A DNA stretch of 64,000 nt from a virus (lineage: Duplodnaviria > Caudoviricetes). Of this stretch, positions 33,573 to 43,588 are shown piece after piece (the first letter of the stretch is position 1; each line of letters opens with the position of its first letter). The stretch spans positions 27,623 to 91,622 of IMG/VR virus record IMGVR_UViG_3300028580_000125; one strand, given 5' to 3'. Below the pieces are notes generated by a model. The model was not told where the DNA came from. It saw only the letters and a program-made list of their open reading frames with translations, and made no database searches. A program made the translations under genes and the position numbers.

Positions 33573-36233
33573 TCAGAACTCATATTTCTCCTTGCGTTGA
33601 ATAAAAGCGCTCCGTCCGCCCTCCAGAATGCTGGCAACCTGATCACGAATCGTCGGGACATCAATAGAACCCTGTGCATCTAGTCCGAGGCAACCGTGGT
33701 TCTCCGCTGCCGTAAATACACCGATCCATTCAGCGTCGCCAAACACTGGGATGTTAGCGTTGTGTGTCGCAAACAGGAACTGTCGGCTGATCTTGGCTTC
33801 TCTGAGCTCGACGACGATCCGATCTGCGATGAAGGCGTTGTCTAGGTTGTCCTCCGGCTGATCCATCAATAGTGGGTCGACGTTCTCAAGCAGCAGCATG
33901 TGCAGGATTGCCGTGCACTGCTGGCCCGTAGAGAGCTTATTGAGCGGCCGGAATACCGGATCGGCTTGGCCGTGAGCGACATTCAAAAAGATGTCCACGC
34001 GATGCTCCAACTCCAAGGCCTCCAGCTCCATGAGCTGAGACGACTGGAGCTGGGTGAGTGCGTCGGCGACCATCTGCGTGACCCCCCAATCGAGTTGCAC
34101 GTCGGCAGAGCCTTTCTTAATCGACTGGGCCAACGACAACGGGCTGATCGTCTCGGCGTCCTCTATGAACGCTAGCCGCTTTTCGCCCACACCGTCCAGC
34201 TTGCACCCAAGCAGGAATGCCATCAATGGCGTACGGTCAGCCTCTGGCACGATTTCCACCTTGAGCTTGCCTTCAAGTCGCCTGTTCAACTTCCTCGCGG
34301 CCTTCTGCAATGCCTGTATGCGTTGCCCACGCAAATCAGACAGCTCGGCCAACAGATTGCGCCGTTCCTGGCGTAAGGTCTCGCGCTGAGACTCGTGGGT
34401 AGTCGCCCGCGACTTCATGGGCTTGATGCGCTCGATCTCCCCCATCAACTTTTGATAGGCAATACCGACCTCTTGCCCGCTCTTACCAGCAGTGGCGGGC
34501 AACGTCCGCAGCGCCTTTTCCAACTCGGCATCGTGCTCCTGAATAGCCTGCTGCCATGCGCCGTGCTGGGTAGTGAACTGTCCTGCCCGGTCATCAAGCA
34601 AGGCCTGCATGACGGTCAGATGGTCGGTGAACCCCTTCTTGAGTCCATCCAGTGTGGCGCGCATAGCGAGCAACTGGGCAGCATCAGGCAATCCATCAAG
34701 GGCCTCGTCGTTGATGAAGTCGAGATCAGGCAATCCGTCACGCAGGCCTGAAAGCACGTCGCGAAAGCTTTGCACGCCATCGGTCGCGGTCTTGGCAATC
34801 TCTCGCTCTCGCGCAAGTAATGAGGTCTTGGCCAGCTTCTCCTTGATCCCCAGCTCGTCGAACCCGCGAAGCTGCTCTTCCAGTTTGGGCAAGCGCTCGA
34901 TCTGTACATTCAGCTCGTCAAGGTTGGTCAGGGATTTCGTGAGGTTCTGCTGGTTGTCCTTCAAGCGTCTATACACGTCGGCGCTCTTCGCCTCGTATTC
35001 CCGGTCTTGAGGAAGAAAACGATCCAGCAACTGCATCCGGCTGGTTACATCTTGGGCCAGCTCGTAGATTTCGTTCTGCCCATAGATGTCGATGCCCGGC
35101 AGCAAGTCGCGCGGGAGCAGGGTGGAGACATTGCCATCAATGTCACGCACCATCGGCGGCTCGCCATGACGGCGCGATATGGTGTATTGCTTGCCGTTCT
35201 GGGCAGAAGACATCACTGTCAGATCAACCCGTCCGGCCGAGCGACCAAGGTTCTCCTTGATGATCTCATGGTGGAGCTTCTGAGCCTGCTTGCCTTTGGG
35301 TGGAAAGTCTAAGGCGAAGCGCAGGCATTCGAGTAAGGTTGACTTCCCCGTTCCACGGCCACCGATTACCGTATTGAGATGGTCGGAAAAATCCACCTGG
35401 ACACCATCAAGATAGCCACCAGCCACCGTCATACGCACTACCTTGCCAACCGGGCTTTGGGCTTGCTGAGAGTTAAGTCGGACTCGCGATCCCGGGTCGA
35501 GGAAGGCAACCTTGAACGCAGCGAAAGTGGGTCGTGTCATCTTTATGAAGCACGTTGCGCTCGGCTGATCCAAGTCTTCAGGCTTGGCAACATCCTTGGC
35601 GTTGATTGCTGCTACAGGGCGCTCACGCCGGTAGCTATCGTCCTTGTTCAAGAACACTTTGCGGTAGAAGTCGCCTTCAATGCTCGTTAGGTCATCTATC
35701 GCCCCCGGGATTTGGGCCGCCCGTAACTTTGGGTGCTTCCATACGTGGTTCAGACGGTTTCTCAGCAGGCCGCTCTCTTGTGTGCAATGAGCCGCATAGA
35801 CGAACCCACCGAGTCGATCAACTTCATCAATCAGTTCCTCCGAACTCAGGCGGGACGGCCGAATACCGTCGGCTGGGTCATGCAATTTGAGGTTACCAAG
35901 GTAGCGATCAAGCTGCTGCACCGTGGTATCCTCGGCGAAGAGACAGACGTAATGAGTCTTGTCGTTCGAGGCGATCTCGAAGCCGGGAAACACCGTGATC
36001 CCATGCGGCTTCAGCACGTTTCGTAGAGTATCGATGCTGTCGACGCAACCGTGATCTGCCAAGCCAATAACAGAGATATCCATCTCAAGGCATTTTCGAA
36101 GCAATGCTTGGTTATACCCATCCTCATCAAAACCATGATCGCCACCCCGGTACGCTTCGTTGTAGCCCACCGGGTTTACTTGTAACGCACAGCGCCAGAA
36201 CCTTGCACAGGTAAATCGTGAAATATCGCTCAT
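33573..36233 (-). CDS. PHP phosphoesterase-ABC/SMC-type ATPase fusion (TrlF-like; Ppl-type anti-phage protein)
   Basis: N-terminal PHP-like motifs (LADH, GFEI, AAH), Walker A GGRGTGKST, long coiled coil, LSTGQ signature, LLMDQPEDNLD, FATHN. Confidence 0.8.
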   Translation of the reverse strand: MSDISRFTCARFWRCALQVNPVGYNEAYRGGDHGFDEDGYNQALLRKCLEMDISVIGLADHGCVDSIDTLRNVLKPHGITVFPGFEIASNDKTHYVCLFAEDTTVQQLDRYLGNLKLHDPADGIRPSRLSSEELIDEVDRLGGFVYAAHCTQESGLLRNRLNHVWKHPKLRAAQIPGAIDDLTSIEGDFYRKVFLNKDDSYRRERPVAAINAKDVAKPEDLDQPSATCFIKMTRPTFAAFKVAFLDPGSRVRLNSQQAQSPVGKVVRMTVAGGYLDGVQVDFSDHLNTVIGGRGTGKSTLLECLRFALDFPPKGKQAQKLHHEIIKENLGRSAGRVDLTVMSSAQNGKQYTISRRHGEPPMVRDIDGNVSTLLPRDLLPGIDIYGQNEIYELAQDVTSRMQLLDRFLPQDREYEAKSADVYRRLKDNQQNLTKSLTNLDELNVQIERLPKLEEQLRGFDELGIKEKLAKTSLLAREREIAKTATDGVQSFRDVLSGLRDGLPDLDFINDEALDGLPDAAQLLAMRATLDGLKKGFTDHLTVMQALLDDRAGQFTTQHGAWQQAIQEHDAELEKALRTLPATAGKSGQEVGIAYQKLMGEIERIKPMKSRATTHESQRETLRQERRNLLAELSDLRGQRIQALQKAARKLNRRLEGKLKVEIVPEADRTPLMAFLLGCKLDGVGEKRLAFIEDAETISPLSLAQSIKKGSADVQLDWGVTQMVADALTQLQSSQLMELEALELEHRVDIFLNVAHGQADPVFRPLNKLSTGQQCTAILHMLLLENVDPLLMDQPEDNLDNAFIADRIVVELREAKISRQFLFATHNANIPVFGDAEWIGVFTAAENHGCLGLDAQGSIDVPTIRDQVASILEGGRSAFIQRKEKYEF

Positions 36234-36451
36234 TTTCGTCTGTGCTCCGGTTCACCTTTGATAAATGGAGCCGTCTTGTTTGGAATGTCTGTAATTACTG
36301 AAATGGCAGACTCGAAGGCATCTTTGCACCCTTCTACGCCCTGCAGCATTGCCACTTCAATAAAACGCTGCGACGGCTCTGGATCGTCAGCACAAGGCTT
36401 TTGACTTCGATTTTCGGCCACGTTTCTTCCCCTTTCGCGCAGGTTCCTCAT
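36230..36451 (-). CDS. Small ORF coupled to the PHP-ATPase gene (possibly degenerate)
   Basis: ATGA overlap with 36233; DDPEPSQRFIE...DAFESA resembles small ORFs recalled downstream of some IS1595 transposases. Confidence 0.4.
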   Translation of the reverse strand: MRNLRERGRNVAENRSQKPCADDPEPSQRFIEVAMLQGVEGCKDAFESAISVITDIPNKTAPFIKGEPEHRRK

Positions 36452-37045
36452 TGAGCTGTTGTTTCATACGTAAGACGTTTGCCAACCTCGCCCTTCAAAA
36501 GCCGTTCAGCACGTCCGCTGTCCTCAATTCAAGCGCCTTACGGTTGCTACACCGAAAATCGAATCGGCCAGGTACGCCAAGTCTACAAGCCCATCGTAGC
36601 CGCGCCAGCCGTCAGAATGGATAATGCTTTCGAGTTCAACCCGAGCACGGATTATTCCATAGAGTGTAGCCTTTGGCAGTCGGGGACAACCTATGTGTAG
36701 ACTCGGCCATTTCGTTTGAACAGGCCAAAAACTATGGTTTTTCTTTTGGCGCAACGGCCTCGAAATCCCCTAACTCGGCGAGTGCCAAAGTAGCTTTCGT
36801 CAACCTCAACTTCGCCCTTGCAGAAATGGGCAATGCGCTCGCGAAATGCAGCTAAATATCTACTCACGGTATTTCTGTTCACACATGCGATTTCCGCAAT
36901 CTGTAACGCAGCCAAATTAACGGCAGACAGACTCACAATTTGCCGGATTTTGGCCTCTGAAATTTTTGAACGAGTTGCATACTTTTTTTTCATTGGTATA
37001 CATAGCCTTATAGCCAATTATGAATGGCTTAGCTAGACAGGACCC
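36448..37045 (-). mobile_element. Degraded IS1595-family element(s), transposase pseudogene
   Basis: RSKISEAK, EVEVDESYFG, KTIVFGLFKRNG, IIHSDGWRGYDGLVD and a C-terminal LLKGEVGKRLTY, broken by stops and frameshifts; terminal-repeat-like gggtcctgtctagctaagcc at 37045-37026. Confidence 0.8.
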
Positions 37046-37669
37046 ACAGGTTTTTATGTCGCATGATCCCTCAACTTCATGCCGCAGATTCCTTCAACCT
37101 TCTTGCATTTTTCCCGCAGGCGATCCCTCATCGCCTCCCCTATTGCATCCCACATGAGGGATCTCGGAGTGGACAGTCAAATTTTTATCAAATAAAATAA
37201 GACTATTAACTAGATGGCGATTGTCTATTTCTACATAATCAACCACAAATGTATAGCACGCGAAATGTTGAACTGGCTGCCATTTTCATGGACGGACAAA
37301 AAGACGTTGTCAGTCAGGTATAGCCTTTGGGCCGATGGTGCCATAACGCCCAAGCATTCGTTGATTAATGGACGACACCTTTTCGGCTCTCTGTTGCACA
37401 GCAGGCCCAAGGGCCAAGGACTCATCTGCTGCGAATACCTCCTCACGACCTCATAACCTTGCCGCTGGCGCTAAACCAAAGAACAGCAGTAAAGGCTATG
37501 GCTCCCGGTCATAGCTCATGCTGACCGCTCACTCCGATAATTGCCGAATATGCTTGCTCAATCGGGCAAGACAAACCCCATGCCCTTGGCTGCGAAACTG
37601 TGGCTGGCATAAGACCCGCTCAAATTTAATGTCCTGAGAGCCTTAAAACTTCGTGCCTCAGCTTCTTAC

Positions 37670-37820
37670 CGCACATGACTGCGAGACCCCGCACAGATGA
37701 CGCTGTTCGACATTTTGACCTAATGCCTAACCTTTTCCTAACGTTATGAACTTCCGCACAGCTCGCACACGCCGCACAGCACAGAAGTACGCATTTCCAA
37801 AAAAAATTAAACAATACATT
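37670..37820. repeat. Iteron-like CGCACA repeats with AT-rich tract (putative origin)
   Basis: CGCACA at 37670, 37690, 37755, 37764 and 37773, followed by an A/T-rich stretch at ~37793-37820. Confidence 0.45.
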
Positions 37821-37906
37821 TCCGCTGGTTAGTATATGTGTAATAGCCCGATGCAGACCATTGTGGCCCTGAACGACTATCACACGCATACTCAGTAGGA
37901 TTTATC

Positions 37907-40816
37907 ATGGAAAGTTTGAATTGTTCACTTACGCCAACAGGGCAGAAGGAAAATAGGATAGTCTACGCGGGCCATGCCGACCAAGAGCACGCAGATTTTG
38001 CGGAAATGGCTCGTCAATGGCGCGTGTACCCTGCTTCAGAAGAAGGCATCAAAGAAGCTGTACGTGATGGGTATACTGCCATCTCAATCTTCGAGTTTAG
38101 CCACCCAGTGGAAAAAAGCAAAGCCCAGCCGATACGATATGGGGATATGGTGCTAGATTTTGATGCAAAGAAAGAGCTGCGTGACAACAATGGGAATTCT
38201 TTGGGCAAGGTTGGTGATATTGGCAAGGCCTTGGAAGCAGTGCGCACTTTTATCAAAATTCTTAATAAGTACGGGGTGAACCCCCAAGACCTGCAATATT
38301 ACGCCAGCGGAGGAAAAGGGTTTCATGTTGTTCTCCCCAGAAAAGTCATTGGCTCGGAAGCGGGTGATATTGAACTGCCAGCCATTTATCGGCAGATGCT
38401 GAACCAGATTCTCAACATGGTCACAAATAAGGAACTGTGGGACGGTGCCACCCTTGATGCACTCAAAGAAAGTCGTAAATTTGTCCTAGAAGACCTTTGT
38501 ATCGATCTAAACGGGTTCAAGGGCGGGAAAGGCCAACTCATCAGACTGCCCCATATTCAGCGGGCGGATGGAAATTACAAGGTGCCTGTCACATATGCCG
38601 AAATCATGCACAATGACGCTTCATTTTTTGAAGAAATCGTCAGGTCAGACCGGCATATTGAGGGTGAAGGCATTCGTGATGGTATCATGAGTGCCCCCCT
38701 GCTGGAAGAAACTTACTTACAAGCTAAAAAGTTAACTTGCCTTTCCAGCGACAGGCGTAATGCCAAAAGCCAGATTGCAAGCCTTGAAACGGATTGCGAG
38801 TTCGTGTCTTTCTGTGCCCAGCATGCGAGTAAAGTTACAGAGCCACAATGGTTTGTTCTCGCCAAAATTATGGCCCACTGTGGTGCATTAGGGCAAAAGT
38901 TATTTCACGTGTACAGCCAGCTTGATCCTCTGCGCTATAATGAGGAAGAGGCACGTAAAAAGCTGCGCAATGCATACAGCTATCCACCCGTCACTTGCAA
39001 GGAAGTCCAAAAAGTATTCCCCTGCTCAAGTGACTGCCGGGTAAAATGCCCTATGGATATTTATCGAAGAAAGCTTGCTTCTACCCTTGAGGAGGGAGCC
39101 TTTGCCGTGCTGGATGAGGGGCTTGTGTTTTACCCTGATGCCACAGACAAGACTGTCTTTGAGCTGGTCAGTTCCTATGTTGACGTAAAAGCCTCTGCTC
39201 GGGACGCCGAAAGTTGCGGATGGTCAAAAATCATCGAAGTCCGTGATCCAGATGGTGTGTTACATCAATGCCGCGTTCCTTTCACATCGTTAAACGGTAG
39301 TGGCGATGAAGCGCTTGTACTGCTCTCGGAAGCGGGACTGCAACTGGAACCAGGCAGGCAGGCCCGTCAACGGCTTCTTCAGTATCTCAACAAGGTAGAG
39401 CCTAAACAGCGGGCATTGATCGTTGAAAAGAATGGCTGGGTTGAAAAAGCCAATAAATTTGTGCCATTCGATTTAGGGGAGATTGATGTTTGCAGCGAAT
39501 ACCTTTGTTCACGCCTGCCAGTTGCGTCCAAGCTGTTTGAACAAAAAGGCACGTTGGAAGAATGGAAAAAGCATGTGGGCGTATATTGCAAGGGCAATCC
39601 GCTCCTGCAGTTGGTGACCGTTGCGGCCCTTTCTGGCCCCCTGCTAGCGTTCATGGGGCATTCTGGCTTCGGCATTCACATCTACGGCAATTCTTCCAGC
39701 GGCAAAACCACAAGTCTTCATATAGCGGGTTCCGCAACCGGTGGCGAGCTAAAATCCTGGCGAACAACAGATAATGGGCTGGAAGGTATAGCTGAGCTGC
39801 ATAACGACAATTGCCTTTTGCTTGACGAAATCAGCCAGTGCGACCCTGACGTGGTGGCGCAGGTGGCCTATATGCTTGCCAATGGCCAGGGCAAATCACG
39901 CTCTTCAAAGACTGGCGTCAGTCGGCGTGTGCCCACATGGAATTTGATCTTTTTGTCATCAGGGGAGGTATCCATATCGGACCGTGCTGACCAAGGGTAT
40001 AGAAACAAAGCAATGGCCGGACATGAAGTGCGCGTCATCAGCCTTCTTGCAGACGGCGGTTGTGATTGTGGCATATTTTCAACTGTCCCAGAAGGGATGT
40101 CGGCTGGAGGGTTGTCAGACATTCTTGTGCAAAACTGCAATCAATATCGTGGTGCCCCTTTGCGTGCTATGATTCAGCACCTCAAAGAGGGGCGGGATAA
40201 AATTTGTGATAAAATAAGCCAGGGTATTGATCAGTTTCTCATCGGGCTTGAACACACAGAATTATCGTCCCAAGCTAAGCGTGTAGCCAACCATTTTGCA
40301 CTGCTGGCTGGTGTGGGTGAAGTCGCTATAGAGCTCGGCATATTTCCCTGGTCAACAGGGGAAGCAATGACAGCAATGAAGAGTTGCTTTGAATGGTGGC
40401 GACGGGACAAAAATGGTGCTGTCGATTTTGAAATTGAAAAGGCAACTGAAAAACTTTTGTCTCTAGCTCGCAATGGATTCTATGGAAAATGTGATGATGA
40501 CTACCCAATAAAGAAACTCACGTCTGATGGAAAAGATTGTTTCTTTATCCCGCGTTCGTACGCTGTGGATGAAATCTGCAAAGAGTATCAATACAAGCCT
40601 TTTGTAGCAAATCTGAAGGATAAGGGGCTGCTGGCACTGACTAAGGATGGTGAAATTCGGGAACAATTCTGGCAGGGCGATAACAGCAACCGGCCTAGAG
40701 GTTTCGCCATTATCAGAAAAAATCTATATGACGATCCGGATACAACAGAAATTCATCAGTCTTTGGGCAAAAAAATTAACCACGAGGATAAAGACATGGA
40801 CGATAATGTTTTCTGA
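37907..40816 (+). CDS. Primase-helicase replication protein (primase-like N-terminus, DUF927 helicase)
   Basis: VLDFD and SGGKGFH (AEP-type primase motifs), EPQW...C-x-C cluster, GNSSSGKTT Walker A, SWRTTDNGLE, LLLDEI, YMLANGQGKSR. Confidence 0.8.
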   Translation: MESLNCSLTPTGQKENRIVYAGHADQEHADFAEMARQWRVYPASEEGIKEAVRDGYTAISIFEFSHPVEKSKAQPIRYGDMVLDFDAKKELRDNNGNSLGKVGDIGKALEAVRTFIKILNKYGVNPQDLQYYASGGKGFHVVLPRKVIGSEAGDIELPAIYRQMLNQILNMVTNKELWDGATLDALKESRKFVLEDLCIDLNGFKGGKGQLIRLPHIQRADGNYKVPVTYAEIMHNDASFFEEIVRSDRHIEGEGIRDGIMSAPLLEETYLQAKKLTCLSSDRRNAKSQIASLETDCEFVSFCAQHASKVTEPQWFVLAKIMAHCGALGQKLFHVYSQLDPLRYNEEEARKKLRNAYSYPPVTCKEVQKVFPCSSDCRVKCPMDIYRRKLASTLEEGAFAVLDEGLVFYPDATDKTVFELVSSYVDVKASARDAESCGWSKIIEVRDPDGVLHQCRVPFTSLNGSGDEALVLLSEAGLQLEPGRQARQRLLQYLNKVEPKQRALIVEKNGWVEKANKFVPFDLGEIDVCSEYLCSRLPVASKLFEQKGTLEEWKKHVGVYCKGNPLLQLVTVAALSGPLLAFMGHSGFGIHIYGNSSSGKTTSLHIAGSATGGELKSWRTTDNGLEGIAELHNDNCLLLDEISQCDPDVVAQVAYMLANGQGKSRSSKTGVSRRVPTWNLIFLSSGEVSISDRADQGYRNKAMAGHEVRVISLLADGGCDCGIFSTVPEGMSAGGLSDILVQNCNQYRGAPLRAMIQHLKEGRDKICDKISQGIDQFLIGLEHTELSSQAKRVANHFALLAGVGEVAIELGIFPWSTGEAMTAMKSCFEWWRRDKNGAVDFEIEKATEKLLSLARNGFYGKCDDDYPIKKLTSDGKDCFFIPRSYAVDEICKEYQYKPFVANLKDKGLLALTKDGEIREQFWQGDNSNRPRGFAIIRKNLYDDPDTTEIHQSLGKKINHEDKDMDDNVF

Positions 40817-40845
40817 GAACTATTTCAGAAATAGCAGAAATTATC

Positions 40846-40870
40846 GTGTGCGAAGTGTGCGAGTGTGCGA
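40846..40870. repeat. Three tandem GTGTGCGA repeats
   Basis: Copies at 40846, 40855 and 40863; the reverse complement TCGCACAC matches 37763-37770. Confidence 0.55.
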
Positions 40871-40884
40871 AAACACTCATAGCA

Positions 40885-40915
40885 GGGGCAGTGAAAATAA
40901 TAATTTCACTGCCCC
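40885..40915. terminator. Stem-loop (terminator or origin hairpin)
   Basis: ggggcagtgaaa / tttcactgcccc 12-bp perfect stem; no clear poly-T tract. Confidence 0.45.
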
Positions 40916-40960
40916 CTATATTATGCCCAATTTCATACTTTTCAACCCAATGAGGCCAAT

Positions 40961-41215
40961 ATGAAGGTAAGCCACTCCAGAGTCGTGGATATGTATGGTA
41001 CCGACAGTTTTTTTAATGCGTTGGAAAAAGAACTTCCGCCGGTGTTCACTCGGGATGTAGCATCAAAGTGTATGGGGGGGCTGCTGACCCCTAAAACGAT
41101 GTCCAATGCAGACGCACTGGGCACAGGCCCCTCAATACGAGTTCGACTGGGGAAAAAAATTGCATATGAGCGCACAAGTTTTATGCACTGGCTGCGTAAA
41201 CGACTCAGCGCGTGA
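40961..41215 (+). CDS. Small excisionase-like DNA-binding protein
   Basis: LPPVFTR...GGLLTPKTMSNADALGTGP...GKKIAYER...WL winged-helix pattern. Confidence 0.65.
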   Translation: MKVSHSRVVDMYGTDSFFNALEKELPPVFTRDVASKCMGGLLTPKTMSNADALGTGPSIRVRLGKKIAYERTSFMHWLRKRLSA

Positions 41216-41278
41216 TCCAGACAAAGTCCATAAGTATTGACACCTACTATGATTTGAATCAAATTTTATTTACACTCA

Positions 41279-41306
41279 GTAGCAGTTCGGTCGACCGAAC
41301 TGCTAC
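41279..41306. promoter_or_regulatory. Perfect 28-bp palindrome upstream of parB (parS/operator candidate)
   Basis: gtagcagttcggtc|gaccgaactgctac. Confidence 0.6.
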
Positions 41307-41339
41307 AATATGCTGTATTCATTTACTATCGGAGGGATT

Positions 41340-42236
41340 ATGTCTGAATCTCAAAATTGTGAATTTGAAATCGGCAAAGTATACTCAATAGATTTAAGCA
41401 AATTGATGCCTAACCCTGCGCAACCCAGAAAGTATTTTGACGAAGAAGAAATTAAGGCCCTTGCGACTGACATTGATGCTAACGGCCTTCTGCAAAACAT
41501 CACTTTTACTTGCCATGAGGGTAAGCTGATAATCATCTCTGGGGAAAGACGTGTGCGTGCGCACAAACAGTTGAAGAAGGAAACCATAGAAGGTAAATAT
41601 ATTGAAGGTGATCTACTGACTCTCGCCCTGATGGAGAATATACTCAGGTCTGACCTGACAGCTATTGAATTCGCTGAGTCTGTGGCTGCCTTGCAAAAAC
41701 AGAAGAGTTGCTTAAATGATGAGATTGCTGAAATAATTGGCAAGAAGAAAAGTACCACAAGCGAAATACTAAAAATTGCATCGCTTCCAGAAGAGATTCG
41801 CAATGACGCCAGAACAAAGCCCCTGATGACCCGTGAGCGTCTTTTGAAGGTAGCACGCCGTAGAAATGCTGATGCTCAGAAAAAGATGTATGACAAACTG
41901 TGCCATATGCTTGAAAAGCCAGAGAACACACCTAGAAAATCTTCTGAAAAATCTCACGGAAACAAGAAATCCGGCAATCGTTTTGTCAATGCGCAGATCC
42001 GTATAATTGAAGGGATGACTGCGGAACTCAATGCATCTCACGAAAAAATGCTTTCAAAGATAAAGGCTGAACTTACGGATGAAGAAAAACAGGATCTGAT
42101 AGCGGCGTTTAAAAACATGCAAGCCGCTATTAGATCTATGTGCGATAAATATAATCCGAGCATAACAGTAGAAAACACGGATAAAGGCCCTGTCTACATG
42201 AATTTAGCAGACGTGTTATCAGATCCAAATTTCTAG
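41340..42236 (+). CDS. parB: ParB/Spo0J-family protein
   Basis: GGAGG SD; PNPAQPRKYFD, GLLQNI, IISGERRVRA, ENILRSDLTAIE, HTH. Confidence 0.85.
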   Translation: MSESQNCEFEIGKVYSIDLSKLMPNPAQPRKYFDEEEIKALATDIDANGLLQNITFTCHEGKLIIISGERRVRAHKQLKKETIEGKYIEGDLLTLALMENILRSDLTAIEFAESVAALQKQKSCLNDEIAEIIGKKKSTTSEILKIASLPEEIRNDARTKPLMTRERLLKVARRRNADAQKKMYDKLCHMLEKPENTPRKSSEKSHGNKKSGNRFVNAQIRIIEGMTAELNASHEKMLSKIKAELTDEEKQDLIAAFKNMQAAIRSMCDKYNPSITVENTDKGPVYMNLADVLSDPNF

Positions 42237-42493
42237 GAGTCTGACAAATAGTCATCTGTATAAATTTGACATAGTCATGAAGCGATATGGCACCCCCCAC
42301 GGATGAAGAATTTGATGCGAACATGAAGGATGCACAAATGTATTCTTTCCAATGCTCTTTAAGGATGAGATATTGACCTGTATCCTTAGTATGTCCGGGA
42401 TTATTGGTGCCACACTGCTGAAGTAGAAAATTCATCTACTTCCTTAACTTGTAGAAAAATATGGACTATTAGTTGTGTCAGCAGGATAGCGCA

Positions 42494-43246
42494 ATGAAAA
42501 TTGTTCTGTGCATCGCCGCACTACTGCTTTGCGGATTCTATCTATCAAAATACGCTTTTGATCGTCCTCCGTTGCGCGGTATGGGACAGGAAGGCACGGC
42601 TGATATGCCTGTGCTTGTTTCGCGAGCGCGGCCAGTCGTCACTTTTGCGCCAGCCAAGGATATGAGCTTGACCGCCGCGGGGTGGTGCAGCCTGAGTCCA
42701 GAAACACGCCTTTCCGTGCCAGGGAACGGTCGGCTGTGGTTTAGCGCCTACAAAAACGGCGTTGGCCTGCTTATTACGGCATTGGCTGAAGCTGAATCCC
42801 CCTGGCTCTGGGAGGCAGCACACCATCACCCCTTTCCGGTGCTGAGGGTCGGAACAATCCCCTACACGGGGGAAACACTGCATGAGACGTTGTATACGCT
42901 TTCCGCCGATGCCGACCCCTTTTACCCTCTGCAAGCTGCTGCCCTTAATGTCCCCTGCCTTGTGTACCGGGCAAAACTTCTGTTGGATTTCCAGCAGATG
43001 CAGGTGATTATTGAATATCACGAGCCTATAACTCAAGAACAAGCGCGAGATATAGCCTATGATCTGCCCTACCTGAACGCCTTTCAGGAACGCGGCAGAG
43101 CCGCATGCTCCATTGTGCTGCCGGGAAAGAGCAGTGAAAATGTGCTTCCAAGCCGCATTGAAAAAATGCCTGTAGCTGACAAAGCCATTTCACGAATAAA
43201 GCTTTCTCGCTGGACAGGGGAAATGCAACGTTTGGGAAAACTCTAA
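42494..43246 (+). CDS. Exported hypothetical protein (DUF4851-like)
   Basis: Hydrophobic N-terminal anchor; PPLRG...VSRARP and IIEYHEP...AFQERGRAA motifs. Confidence 0.5.
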   Translation: MKIVLCIAALLLCGFYLSKYAFDRPPLRGMGQEGTADMPVLVSRARPVVTFAPAKDMSLTAAGWCSLSPETRLSVPGNGRLWFSAYKNGVGLLITALAEAESPWLWEAAHHHPFPVLRVGTIPYTGETLHETLYTLSADADPFYPLQAAALNVPCLVYRAKLLLDFQQMQVIIEYHEPITQEQARDIAYDLPYLNAFQERGRAACSIVLPGKSSENVLPSRIEKMPVADKAISRIKLSRWTGEMQRLGKL

Positions 43247-43254
43247 AGAGAAAA

Positions 43255-43493
43255 AATGGGGCACATTCAAATTGTTAACGAAAAATTCCGGGATGAATAT
43301 TTAGATCAGAACGTGCTTCTTTCCCTGTATGATACCCGTGGGACGGTTGAGACATGGTGGCCGGATTACAACCACTACGACCACACAGCTCATTGGGCTG
43401 GCTAACTCCGGAAGAGTTCCGTGAAAAGAATACAGCCTGCAACCCATTGGGAATCAGTAACTTACAAACGGTATCAGCAGTGGGGTAAGGGCA
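43255..43493 (+). mobile_element. IS3-family remnant (3' end of transposase and right end)
   Basis: Frameshifted NEKFRDEYL...DYNH / RPHSSLGWLTPEEF integrase-core C-terminus, followed by an end terminating in CA. Confidence 0.75.
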
Positions 43494-43588
43494 CACCGAA
43501 TGGCAAGCAAAATTCAGAGCACGATACCGCGAAGCCAACTTGACCGATAGAATCAAATTCAGCACTTTTTTGGTAAAGGAGCGTGGAT

